Below, in pieces: positions 24,938-37,840 of a stretch of DNA of 64,000 bases. The DNA is taken from positions 2,384,525-2,448,524 of the forward strand of contig CM074816.1 in the NCBI GenBank assembly GCA_037447605.1, given 5' to 3'. Position numbers and translations under genes: made by a program. The notes under the pieces are model-generated. The model made no database searches and had not been told where the DNA came from. It saw only the letters and a list, made by a program, of their open reading frames with translations. The first letter of the stretch is position 1. Each line of letters begins with the position of its first letter. This stretch comes from Zygnema circumcarinatum SAG 698-1b. Its lineage: Eukaryota > Plantae > Zygnematophyceae.

Positions 24938-27775
24938 TGTCGTATTGCAGTCCACCCTCGGGGTAGAGAAAACAGCAAAATGTCCGAGGCGCGAGCGCAG
25001 ACGAGGTCCATGCCAGCCAGGCTTGGAAGGTGTTGAGACGATCTGTCTGCTGGCTGCAAAGACAAAAGCACACGTACAAGAGAATGGAGAGATAGTCGCG
25101 AACAAGTCTGTAGAACACATTTGAATGAACAAAATCGTGCTGGAAAAGAAAGCTGTTGCTCATTGAATCCAAGGATGAAAACGGGTCGCACAGAATCATC
25201 AAAAAGAACATAAAAAGTTTCAAGGCTAAAACTCGTCCTGCCGCCATATTTCCTACTTGCATTAGGCATCGTAGCACCTAACTCTTCAAAAAACCAGATA
25301 AGCACTGGGAGGAAGGAAACGGCGCCCTTCAACGAACTCAATTTGTGAGCAAAACTCAAACTCTGAACAGTCTTGCGAGTGTCAACCAATTTCAACGAAA
25401 TATGAGATTCAACCTGTACGCATGACTAAGTCCAAGATGGACTATACAGCGCCACTCCGCTGCTCCATTGTCATCGTTAAAGCAGCACTGAGGCGCCACA
25501 CAGACCAACTTTGCAATAGGGCCGATACATAGAGTGGAGATGGATGGTAGAGAAGAATTGATGGAGACGCGAAATAATTGTCAGAGTCAACCAACGGCGA
25601 ATGCCTACTCACTTCCAATATCCAACATCGATGTATGACAGCACAAACCCTCCATCCGGCTGGAAATTTTGAGCTTCGACATCAGTTGGAAACAGATTCA
25701 TCACATCCTGTGTGAGGCGTGAGAGGTCCGCCGAACTACTGCTTCTGCTCGGCGTCCTGTAGGATACGGATCCGGAGGCCCTGGTGTCTGAGGCAAAGCA
25801 GGTGACGGACAAAAGTAGGAAGTTGATGGGAGTGTTTAAGAGGACGACAGGGAGAGAAAAGACAATAAAATCGGAAACAGAAAAAGTAGTTCAGTAAAAG
25901 ATCCTTGAGTGTAAATTTGGTATTTTTTCCCGCATTTCTCGGTTTTTGCCCTTTTACACACAACAAGAAAATGTGTGACGCATGCCAATCTCAAGCGTGG
26001 AAAGTCAAACGGAAAAACATTGTTGCCACTACCATTTCACAGATCTTCTATGTCTTCAAATGTTTTTTGTTGCCATCAGAAGTAGATTGTAAGGGTTGAT
26101 GAAAGAATAATGGCTCTAAGCGAATGCAATGGAAAGAAATTGCATGCAATTGGAGATTTTCTGGATCAACAGAATGCTAGAATGAATGAATGTTCTCAAG
26201 CTGAAAGAATTAGGTATGGAAGCTTTCAGAGATTAGAAAATATTAAGAAAGCTGCCTATCACTCACCTATGTCGTAATTAAACGGAGCGATGTAGGGGTA
26301 GGGTGAGTAAGACCTGCAACCAGAAAATTACAGTCTATTTTGTTGTGAATTAAGGCCCGGTCTATCTCACTCACTTCACTCACTGCCATATTTGCAATCT
26401 GAATCAAAGGAAAGCTCTCAAGTGCACACACTGAAAGATAACTGAATTCAAACGAGCAAAACACCGTAAGGAAAAGTAAGGAGAAAGCACCCCGGCCTCA
26501 AAACTCCTTAATAAAGAAAGGAAGTAACAAGCACAAGTTTCAGCCCTCAGGCTTCTACTTCAGCTCTGACTAACTCCCGACCTCCTGCTGCCCATACAGT
26601 CAGGCAACTACACTTAGCAACACGAGCTAAGCTGTAGCTGTATTAAGATAACTATCACCTAAGCCTAACTCTACTTAAGTACTAAGCGCTGCACTATTCC
26701 TCCACGTTCTAATGCATGCCGTGTCTCGCCACCGCGCTGCACCGCACGCCGCCGCGTTCCACCGCGCACCTCCACGTCGCTGGCGACGCTCCACGTCTCC
26801 AGGCGCTCGCCTCTCTCCTCGCGGTAACTCCTTAGGTCGCCATGGCCAGGAGGGGGAGTGTCCGTACAGAAAGCTCCTCCTCCGACTTGCCTTCCTTCGA
26901 GAACCTTCGTCGACAACGCGCGCGCCACTCCAGCGATAGTCCGTACGCACCGGACTAATGTACGGTCGACCACTAAAGCAATATGCAATAAAAAGCTGAC
27001 CGCGCAGCTTATCGCTGTGCGCCACGTGTCTAACCTATGCTTCCAAGTTCTAAGTAGACTCCTGTGGTGGCGCGGCCTATCGCCGCCCTCCACGTGTCCT
27101 ACTCAGACTTCCCGTGTTCCCACTACGAACAGTGCCCTAGCGCCCTGTTCAGACTGTGACCAAATCTCCTAAAGACCGCCGACAAAGGCTAAGGACCGTA
27201 CAGCGTACAATTCTAAGCTATACCCCTATTGTACCCAACATATTTTATTTACCAAAGGATTCACCCAGAATATGCTTTCCATGTCATTTGCTACTCATTT
27301 TCAGAAAAAAAAAGTAAACTTGTCGAAGTAATCTGAAATTGCCTAAGAAACGAAAGCACAAGACGCCAAACCGGAAGACGCCAGCAAGGGGAAGCTCAGA
27401 CGATGAAAAGGCAAATCTGGGGAAGGAGCGAAGTAAGCGATGAGAGGCACTTCTCAAGAAGGCGAGCACCGCAAGGAGCAGGGAAGGTGAGGAAGGGAAA
27501 GGCGCGCACGCATTAGTGTAGGAAATGCCTGTGGGAAAATTCAAGTAGCCGTTGTTGGAGACCCCGAGGGTCGTGTACGTGCTGTTGAAGAGCCGCATGG
27601 CCGCGGGCAGCGCTATCGTGTCATTGTAGAAGTCGTCGCAGCTCGCCAACGTCGTGTCGCCGCTTGCAGGGCCGTACGGGACCATGTCCGCACGTGTGAG
27701 AGAGTCCACACGTAGGGGGAGGGTGAAGGAGAGGAGCGCCAGAAGCAGCCCGAGGAGGGAGGGAGGGGGTGCCAT
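24938..27775 (-). CDS. Secreted NIDO (nidogen-like) domain protein, multi-exon, 3' end unresolved
   Basis: Signal peptide MAPPPSLLGLLLALLSFTLPLRVDS. Exon 1 VPYGPASGD...DDFY...FNSTYTTLGVSNNGYLNF; exon 25613-25787 DTRASGSVSYR...FVLSYIDVGYW; exon 24938-25053 NTFQAWLA...FLYPEGGLQY. The last two exons are phase-compatible with GT-AG ends. Confidence 0.8.
26475..27240 (-). mobile_element. Solo copia-type LTR in an intron of the NIDO gene
   Basis: Minus strand begins TGTTGGGTAC and ends gctttctccttac, matching LTR ends at 28170 and 39660; no clear TSD. Confidence 0.6.
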
Positions 27776-28169
27776 TTCTCTCTCCTCTCTGAAAGTAGTT
27801 GCTTTATCGTGCAACGCCGCCCCTGCCATGCACCAAACGCGTCGTCGTGCCTCCAATGGCCACGGGCTGTTTCCTCCCTCTCCTCTTACCCCTTCACCTT
27901 CTCGCTCTCCCTCTCCGTCTCTTTTCCCCTTCTCCACTCCCCTCCCGCTCTCGCTCTTCCACTTCCTTTCCCTACCTCTGTTTCCCTCCGCCGACCTCTC
28001 TCCTACCGTTCTTCTCTCTCGCTCTCCCTATCCCTCACCTCCGCCCCCTCGCCCCCCCCTCCCTTAACTCCTCACCCTCCCTCTCCCTGTCTCTCACCCC
28101 CTCTCCATCGCCATACCTCCCTTACCTCCTCCCCTTCTCNNNNNNNNNNCAAGAGGCGGAATAGAAAAA

Positions 28170-28480
28170 TGTAGGAGAAAGCTCCCAGCCTAAAACTCCT
28201 TTATCATGACAAGCTTTCCAGCTCAAGCCCCCATAAGCCTAGCCAAGCTTTCAACACATGATAACTCCACCTTCACGTGAGGCAGCTCTCCACACACGGA
28301 GACTCCTCACAAAGGTCCACCTCCTGTTGCCAAAGCCATGCCTCTAACTGCCGTAGCTTTGCAATGCTCATCAAGAAGGTTACGAAGGTTACTATCTTAC
28401 ACACCCACTCTCACTATATAGTATGGGGCTGTGACGTGACAATGTCACGTCACACACGCCGGGACCATGCATGCAACAAC
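28170..28480 (-). mobile_element. Copia-type LTR fragment interrupted by gypsy copy 2
   Basis: Ends ttctcctaca on minus strand like LTR 38934-39660; shares GTGACGTGACA/TGTCACGTCAC palindrome with LTR at 36147-36878. Confidence 0.65.
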
Positions 28481-31442
28481 TGTAGCGAAACGCTACAATC
28501 ACCCAAGGAGGGATACATAGGGCGTACTCCGCTCTAATATTGTCGTCCACGGTTGCCACCTAATGGTTAAGGCGCCGGCCCTTGGACCGGTAGGTCTTGA
28601 ATTCGAACCTTCGCGCTCCGGCCCTTGGTTCTCTTTTGTAACATACCCGTCGTCCGTACAATTACGGGTACCGTTTGTACGGACCGACCGACATTTCTGG
28701 CCGCGCGTCACGCGTCAGACCTGGCCGTGCGCCGTCGCACAAAACCGCGTCGCGACGCGACGCGGCTCCGTGAGATGCGGCGGGCTCACGGACATTGTCC
28801 TCACCTGACCCTTTTGGGTCAGAGGGAGCCACGTGGCAGTCTGCCATTGGACAACCCTGCTTCCGGTCCCCCATGCTGGTAGGGAGTTCAACGGGGGAAG
28901 CATATAGGGGCGAGGATGACTGTCGTCATCCAACCATTGTACCAGCATTCAGTTGCACCCCTGCTCGGGGTTGCCGCTCCCGCTCCCTCTCCCTCTCCTT
29001 GCTTCTTGCGCGCAGGCTGAGGGATATTCCGCACACAACTGAAGGGATTAGCCCGACAGTTGTTACATTGGTATCAGAGCCGAGTTTCGGCTGTCTCCTT
29101 TTTGGAGAACCTGTGGGACATGGTGACCACACGCCGGGCTGGAGGGGATCCAGGGCCTTCAGGGCCGCCACCTCCATCTGCTGTCCCGCGGGACGAGGGG
29201 ATGGAGGAGCACTCGGGGAGAGCCTCCGCTCCGATGGACTATCATAATCCATCACCCACGGATAGTCCAGACTATCCGCTGAATCCTGCCCCTCCCCCCC
29301 CAAGCAGCCGCTGCAGGTGACGCCAGAAGTCCCCGCGACCCTCCCGACGGGTGAAGGTCGCCGCCACCCTAAACTGCTCGCGGAAGGTGGACGATCTGGA
29401 GCTCACGGTCTGCCGGCTGGCGGACACGCTCCAAACCGAACTCAAGGGCCTCTCAGACAAGCTCAGAGAATTCGAGGATGGTAAGCCCCAAACCCTCCCT
29501 CAGGCTGTAGGGCAGTAGATGCAGCAGATCCTGGGGGTAGAGTCGGGGTTATCACTCCCTTGACATCGTCCGTCTCGATGTCCCAACCGGCTGCCACAAG
29601 CAGCCGGCAGAAAACAGACCCCTCTGCCTCATCAGCAGGGGGAAGTCACCCTCGAGGGGGTGGCGAACCACCCAGTAGTGGCGGGAGCCCTACGGGGGCG
29701 ACTACTGGCACCAAGATGTGAAGAGGAATCGGGCCAAGGTGCCTTCGATTTCCTTCTAGGGGGAAAACCCTGCAACCGAGTGATCAATTGAGCAGTGGTT
29801 GGGTCAAACGAAGAGCTACCTTCATGCAACCGACTGCCCACCGATTAAGTAGGTAAGCTTTGCTTACCCCTCACTCAGAGAACCCGCATACCGCGTGTAT
29901 GAGGGCCTCTCGGATGACATCGGTGATGACTGGAATAAGTTCAGAGATGAACTTATCAAACACTTCGGATCCTTGGATCCGGGAATGGAGGCGAGGGACA
30001 AATATCAAAACCTGGTCCAAACCGGCAGTGTCAAGCAGTACCTGCGCGACCTACGGCAGGTGGTGCCTCAAATCACCACACCCTATAGACCAACTCAAAC
30101 TGAGTTCTTTTTCCATTTCAGGAATGGTCTAAAGCCTCACATCAAGAGGCAGCTTCGGCTGAACCCGAGGACTCTCAAGAATTGGGAGCCCTCTGACTCT
30201 GAAATGTATTTTGATGCAGCAATTCAGATTGATACCACCCCTGCCAATGAGGCAGGACCATCTAAGACACAACCACCGCGGGTGGGTGATGCAGAGGGCG
30301 CCAGAAAGGGCGCTGGCTTTGCAAAGCCCTCCGGGAAGGACAAGCGGAAGCCGTCGTCTTCCGCCGGAAAACAGCCACCTGTGAAGGTGCAAAAACTCAC
30401 TCCGCAGGAGGCGGAACGAATGCGGAAGGAGAACCGGTGCTTTCGGTGCCGCAAGGAGGGACACAAGTCCCACGACTGCCCCACCAGCAGCTTGGGAGCC
30501 GCTGTGGGTGGGAAGACTAAGCAAGGGGTTAGGAATGCTGCCGCTGCCATCATGAACCAGACCCCAATATTTCTGAAATCTGGGGAGAAATTGTCTGAAG
30601 AGTGATTTATTTGTGTGTGATCCTCTTCCTGTGGCACTTTTCTTGTCTCCAGCCACTGTCGTGGCTCCTTCTGTTTTTTTGGATGTTGTGATGAAATCTC
30701 AGTGGAATGTAATTATTCTCAATGCCATGGGTGCCTCCAACTTGGTGGAATGCTCTTTGGATGCTTTGCGTTTGATGCATTCCACGGATCGTGTGATAGA
30801 GCTGCATGTTCTCATGCCCCAGCATCTGTCAATCAGCACGTTCACCAACACCACTTGGAAGCTGTCCAAGCGGTGGAGAAAAGGGCACCCCTTGGTGCAA
30901 GGAAGGACAGGATCCACCAGTAAAATGGTGCGATCACCACACACATTGGTGTGGAGGACTGCAAAGCCTCAAACCCAGCATATTTTACGCTCAATGTTCC
31001 ACCTTGCACACCGGGCAATGATATTCCATGGGTCTGTTAATGGACAACCAGCAGTGATACTGCTAGATACAAGGGCGGATGCTAACTTTGTTAGCTCTAC
31101 CTTGACCAAGGACTTGGGTCTGACCGTCACCCCACATGTCGAAAGTGTCACTTTCGGGGATGGACGAAAAGGCCAAATACTTGGCAGCGTCACACTAAAG
31201 ATCAAGCTCCAAGCGTACTCAGGGACAGCTCAGCGTTTAATTACACTTCTGGCTCTTGGTACGGATGTAATTCTGGGCAGCGCTTGGATAACAATGGTCA
31301 GAACCCAACTCGATTTCTGTGTCCCACTGTGCATTTTGCATTGTGGAGACAAACGCATCACACTTCACCCAGGCAAACAACCAGCAGCTGCGTCCAAGCA
31401 GGCTGCAGCACCTTTTCTCTACTCACCCATGCACATGGCTAA
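28481..31442 (+). mobile_element. Ty3/gypsy copy 2 (5' LTR 28481-29067, PBS 29069-29080, degenerate gag, extra domain, PR)
   Basis: TG...CA LTR of 587 bp followed by tRNA-iMet PBS TGGTATCAGAGC; gag MVTTRRAGG; zinc knuckle; PR region VILLDTRADANF; interrupted at 31443 by copy 3. Confidence 0.95.
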
Positions 31443-34400
31443 TGTCACGACCGAGATCTACGCCCTTCGGTCGTGCGCGGAATTGCACTCAGTCCTGCAC
31501 TCAGAGTCTGGATCAAGAAAACAGGAAAGAGCGAGAGAGCGAGAGAGAGAGCGCGCTTTAGAGAGGGCAGCCGTCCCGGATGGGCCTGCAACCGTATGCC
31601 GGTACGTTGGTTGGGTGACGACAGTCACCCACGCCCCTTTACGCTTCCCCCGTCGAACCTCCCACCAGCATGGAGGATTGGAAGCAGGGCTGTCCAATGG
31701 CAAACCGCCACGTGGCCAACTCTGACCTGGGGAAGGTCAAAGGAGTTGAACGTACGTGCGCGCTCCGCATCCCGCGGGTGCATGCCGTGACGCGGCGCGC
31801 CGCCGTACGTCGGCGCACGGTGAGATCCTACGCGCGAGGCGCGGGGTCTGATTGTCAGTCCGTCCGTACCAACNNNNNNNNNNAACCGGTAGGCGACCTC
31901 ATTGATGCGCTTCACGACCCTAAAAGGTCCGATGAAGCGGGGCCACAACTTACGTGTTCCGCCATAAGCTTTGAGTCTCAAGTTCGCCGTACTTAACAAC
32001 ACCTCATCGCCCTCANNNNNNNNNNGTGGGTCACGATCGGAAACAATCTCCGACTGAAGACCATGCTGGCTCCACACTTTGTCAACGTACAAACGTGCAA
32101 TCTCGTCGGCCCCAGCTGTCTTAGTAGTAGGTGCAAAATGCACCATCTTGCTAAGCCGGTCGACAAAGACGAGGATGGAGTCATGACCCCGAGATGTCAT
32201 AGGGAGATCTGTGATCAAGTCCATACCCACACTGTCCCATTTTCGGAAGGGAGGTGTGAGGGGTTGCAGCTGGCCAGGAATCCTGCCAGTGCGGGGCTTG
32301 TTTCGTTGACAGGTTGGACAAGCGAGTACATACGCTTTCACGTCCCTCGAGAGTCCAGGCCACCAGAACTCCCGGAGCAATGCCTCACGAGTTTTGGCAA
32401 CTCCCATGTGACCCCGGTACGGAGGATCATGTAGCTCACTCAGAATGAGCTGCCGTACAGTGCCGGCCTTGGGCACGACCAACTGCTGGCCGTGGTACCA
32501 ATATCCGTCCTTAGGCACCACTTTGTCCTTATAGCCATTACCTTGGCCATCCNNNNNNNNNNTCAGTGACTAGCGTGACCGCTTTCGCCCCCTCTAAATA
32601 GCACCGCCATGTCCTCAGGGCGTGGACTACTGCAAGCAGTTCTTGTTCTGTTGCAGAATAGTTGCGCTCAGCGGGATTCATTTTGCGACTTTCATAAGCC
32701 AAAGGCTGACCATCTTGGAACAAGATGGCACCCAAGGCGAATCCCGAGGCGTCACAAACCACCTCATAAGGCTTGGACGGGTCCGCTAAGCGGAGAGTGG
32801 GTGCGGTAACAAGTACATGGCGTACGCCCTCGAATGCTTCCTGACATTCAAGGGTCCATGCGAAGGGGATACCGGAACGTGTCAAATTAGTCAAGGGGGT
32901 AACCAGCTTGCTAAACCCTTGGATGAATTTACGAAAATAATTCGCAAATCCCAAGAACGATCGCAACTCATGTAAATCAGTCAGTGCTGCCCAAGTCTCT
33001 ACCGCAGACACTTTGGCAGGGTCTGGCCGAAGACCCTGATCATTCAGAATATGCCCAAGGTAGAGCAACTCCCGTTGCATAAAATGACACTTCTTCCTCT
33101 TGGCATAAAACCGGTTTTTCCTCAATACCTCAAACACTTTCCGCACGTGCTCAAGATGCTCTTCCTCTGTCTTACTGAAGACAAGGTTATCATCGAGGTA
33201 AACCAAAACAAATTCATCCATGCCGATGAACATCTTGTTCATCACGGCCTGGAAAGTTGCCGGAGCATTAGTCAATCCAAAAGGCAACACTTTATACTGG
33301 AAATGACCAATCGGCGTCCGGAACGCAGTCTTTGGCACATCAGCCTCCGTAACGCGGATCTGATGATACCCCTGGGCAAGATCAAGTGATGTAAACACCT
33401 TGGCACCGTGAAGACGATCCAAAAGATCATCAATACGTGGTAAAGCAAAACGGTTCTTTACAGTGATCTTGTTGAGTGCGCGATAATCAATGCACATCCT
33501 CAACGAGCCATCTTTCTTGCCAACGAACAAGATGGGCGCCCCAAATGGGCTTTGGCTGGGCTCTATCCAGCCCTTGTCCCGTAAATTTGCCAATTGCTTA
33601 CGCATCTCTTCGGTTTCCTTAGGGCTTAACCGATAGATAGGCCGCCAAGGCGGCTTTTGCTCAGGCTCAAGAGGGATTGTGTGCCCCACTCCTCGAGATG
33701 GCGGCAACCCTCTTGGAAGGTCATCAGGGAAAACATCCCTGAACNNNNNNNNNNCAGAGATCTGGCCTTTGCGTCCATCCCCGAAAGTAACACTTTCTGA
33801 ATGGGGATCCGTGGTCAACCCAAATCGTTGGGTGAACGCAGAACTAACAAAGTTAGCATCTGCCCCCTGAGTCTAGCAGGATGACTGCTGGATGGCCATT
33901 GGCTGACCCTTGGAAGGTCATGGCACGATGGGCAAGGTGGAACAGAGATCGCACTATATGCGAGGGTTGAGGACGAGCCGTCCTCCACACCAGAGTGTAA
34001 GGTGATCCAACCAGCGAACTGGCGGATCCTTCCATCATTTGCACCACCCGGTGCCCTTTCCTCAACTGTTTCACCAACCGTCAGTTGGCGTTGGGAAAAG
34101 TGCGAACTGCCAAGTGCTAAGGAACCAGCACATGCAGCCCAAGGATGTGGGATGTGTCCCGCATGACATGCAAAGCATTCATGGCACATTTCACCAAGAC
34201 ATCATCACCCATAACATTGAGGATAAAAACATCCCATTGACCATGCATCACCACATCCAGAAACCCAGAAGGAGTCACTACAGTGGCAGGGGAAAGAGAA
34301 ATGGAAACAGGGAGTACAGCAAACACAAAGAGATCTTGCACTCCCAAAGGTCTACCCATCAAGTTAAGAATGTTTAAGGTTGTAAGAAACAAATGTTTTC

Positions 34401-36136
34401 TAATCCAGATGGCAGCCCCCTTCTCATCCCCTAGCCTAGCATGTCCACCAGCAATGACTCCTAAATTGCTGGTGGGTTGGGGTTTTCTGGCCCCTTGCCC
34501 TTCTTGTCCTTGGCGTTCAAAGGGCAATCTCGAGCCTTGTGCCCCTCCTTGCGACAGCGGAAACACTTGTTTTCCCGCTGCATCTTCTCCATCTCCTATG
34601 GAGTCAACTTCTGCGGCCATGCAGTGGCTGGGCGGGCAGCCGCTTCCGGCTGCTTCCGCTTATTATTCTTTCCTGCCGGTTTGGCAGGAGCAGAGGGTCC
34701 CGCCTTCCACGACCCTGTCACATCTCCCGCCCGCTGCTGGGGTCGGGAAGGGCCTGCATCGCCTGCAGGGGCGGTGTCCAACTGAATGGCTGCATCAAAG
34801 TACAGCTCAGAGTCAGCGGGGTCCCACGGTTTCAGAGTCCGTGGGTTAGTCCTTAGNNNNNNNNNNGTTCACCCCAAACGGAGATCGGGGCCACTTTGGC
34901 CCGATTCCGTTTGGCATCCTCAGTGGGTTGCGGAGGGGCAGTCCGAGGACTGGGATCTCCTCTGCCGCCAGCAGCTGCCCCACCCGGGGACCCACCACTG
35001 CTGGGTGGTTCGCCACCCCCATGAGGGTGACTTCCCCCTGTTGAGGAGACAGGGGGCCCTGTTTTCTGCCGGTTGCTGTTCGCAGCCGGTGGGGGCGTTG
35101 GCAAGGACGACGCGACCGGAGTGGTGTGCCTAACCCCATCCCCAGGATCTGCCGCATCTACTGCCTCTACAGCCCGGGGGGGGGTTCGGGGCATACCTTC
35201 TTCGATGATTCGGAGCCTCTCCGCCAGGCCCCTGAACTCCATCTGGAGCGTATCCACCAACCGGCGGACCGTAAGCTCCATGTCATCCACCTTCCGTGAG
35301 CAAGCCATGGTGGAGGCGTTATTCCGAGTCACCTCCTTCCTCAGATCTTCGATCCTCGTTTTCATCTTCAGGGCCGCGCCCACCGTGATGTGGGCCCCGA
35401 CCATGGGGTTGGACCCAGCCATAGCCGCTACCGGAGCCGATGGCTCCGGTTGAGGAGGGAGAGGTGTGCTATTCTCCGGATGACCAAGGTCATCAGTGGG
35501 CTCGGGACTGGGCCCCTCCATGGGGACCGGCGCAGTCTCCGAGTGCTCCTCCATCTCCTCGTCCCGTGGGACGGGAGGTGGAGGTGGTGGCCCCGAGGGC
35601 CCCGGGTCACCTCCGGCCCGGCGAGTGGTCACCATGACCCACTAGGTTCTCTCTCGATAGAAAAGGCCGCAACGCGGCTCTGATACCAAATGTCACGACC
35701 GAGATCTACGCCCTTCGGTCGTGCGCGGAATTGCACTCAGTCCTGCACTCAGAGTCTGGATCAAGAAAACAGGAAAGAGAGAAAGAGAGAGAGAGAGAGC
35801 GCGCTTTAGAGAGGGCAGCCGTCCTGGATGGGCCTGCAACCGTATGCCGGTACGTTGGTTGGGTGACGACAGTCACCCACGCCCCTTTACGCTTCCCCCG
35901 TCGAACCTCCCACCAGCATGGAGGATTGGAAGCAGGGCTGTCCAATGGCAAACCGCCACGTGGCCAACTCTGACCTGGGGAAGGTCAAAGGAGTTGAACG
36001 TACGTGCGCGCTCCGCATCCCGCGGGTGCATGCCGTGACGCGGCGCGCCGCCGTACGTCGGCGCACGGTGAGATCCTACGCGCGAGGCGCGGGGTCTGAT
36101 TGTCAGTCTATCCGTACCAACGGCTACCCGCCTCTG
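31443..36136 (-). mobile_element. Ty3/gypsy copy 3 nested in copy 2 in opposite orientation (LTR parts 31443-31873 and 35691-36136)
   Basis: Near-identical LTR segments; PBS 35677-35688; gag 34853-35635; RT/RH 32538-33818; IN 31900-32521; fragmented by N gaps. Confidence 0.93.
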
Positions 36137-36146
36137 NNNNNNNNNN

Positions 36147-36878
36147 TGAGTCACGAGAAGGTTAACATCTACAAAACGGACCTCCATAATATACTACCAT
36201 GGCCGTGTGACGTGACACTAGATGTCACGTCACGCCCGCCATTTCTAGCCCTTGCATTCGGCAAAGCGGCAAGAACAAACTAGGACCTACGAAGGTGGTC
36301 CCGTAAACCTACAACAACACCGACCTACAGATTGCCCTGCCGTATAGATCCTCTGCTCGTCAGGTCCCCTTTGACATTTTCCGGCTGCCTTCCGTACAGC
36401 CGACCATTCAGATTCGCGGACCCACTACATGAGTGGCACACGTGGCGCCACTTGATTCGCAGCCGACATTCTGAAGCGACTCCACTAACACTTCGTTCTG
36501 CCGCTTCGTGCACCACCGTTGATGTCCATCCGTCGCGCCACGTGTCGCGCGCTCCGTGCTCCGCACTCCCGCCGTGACCAATCAGCGCTCCGCTGGCCGT
36601 ACACTCGCACGCCGCTTTGACAACTGCATTTCAGCCCGATCTTCATGCGCGCGCTACACGCACACCCTTGAAGACTTGTACGGTCGCTTAGGCGGTCCTC
36701 CATGCAATATAGACGCTATGAGCACACCCCTTAGAACTTAGTACCAAATCACTTTGTGTATTACAAGTTCCTAACTACTATACACTAACACCTTGTCGCT
36801 TGACGTTCGCGCCTAAGTCCTTCATGCCCTAGAGAGACTATGTCCAATAAGTTGTACGGTCTCTAGCGCCGCACAACA
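36147..36878 (-). mobile_element. Copia LTR inserted just downstream of the protease region of another copia
   Basis: Minus strand starts TGTTGTGCGGCGCTAGAGACC, like 38934; abuts coding VLHTPTL with no PPT. Confidence 0.75.
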
Positions 36879-37830
36879 AAGGGTTGGGGTATGTAGTACA
36901 CTACCGATTCCTAATTGGGAAGTTGTCCCTACCCCTATGGGTGACAGCTGGACGACTCCACCGTGGGTGACGGAGACCTCGTCTCCGGTTGCTGATGTCA
37001 CAGATCGTGACTGGTCGAGCAACGTCATCTCTGTGAAGAGAGACTTATCACCACACATATGTTTGGAGGCACCTGAGTCTATGAGCCACGGTGAAAGATC
37101 AGCTTTATTCATAAAGATCTGATTCACATATTCAGCGGGCTTGGCATCACTAGCCATATGACTTGCCTCTCTGCTTGACCCGCTATTGGGCCCCGACAGT
37201 TGCGGGCTAGGTGTCCCGGCTTCTGACACTGAAAGCATAGCATCTCCTTGCCTTTCTTCTTGTCGCCTTGAGGAGCGCTGTTGGGGCGTCCTCCGCCCTG
37301 AGCACCTTTCTTCGTGCGACAATTGGCTTCGAGATGTCCCTTCCGCTTGCAGTAGTTGCAAAATGTTCTCGGCGCGCCACCTATCTTTTGGGCGTTCTGT
37401 TGTTCGACCACCATGACGTCCTCGGGACTCGACTTCTTCGGTCCCTTCATTGCGCTCTCTTCTGCTCTCACCCGCATCTGAACCTCCTCGAGGGTGAGCA
37501 AGTTCTTAACGAGCAGGGTCTTCAGCGAATTGATCGTTGGCGCCAAGCGGGCTGGCAGACCTCTCAGGAAGCTGACGATCTGCTGGTCGTTGTCGATTGC
37601 CTTGGCGACAATGACGAACTTGTCCATCAGCTCGCTGAACCTGATGACGTAGGATGTCAGTTCCTCGGTCTGACCCATCTTCATTTGCACCAATTCATCG
37701 TAGAGCTCGAACTTCACGTTCGTGTCGATGGTGTCGTAGATGGCTGTGAGCTTCTGCCACATCTCTCGAGCAGTCTGAAGCTCGCGCAGTATCTTTGCCG
37801 GATTCCCCTTGACGCTTGAGGATATGAGCA
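36879..37830 (-). mobile_element. Ty1/copia gag (two CCHC knuckles) and protease fragment
   Basis: TAREMWQKL, CNYCKRKGHLEANC, CFQCQKPGHLARNC, WLIDSGASKHM. Confidence 0.93.
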
Positions 37831-37840
37831 NNNNNNNNNN

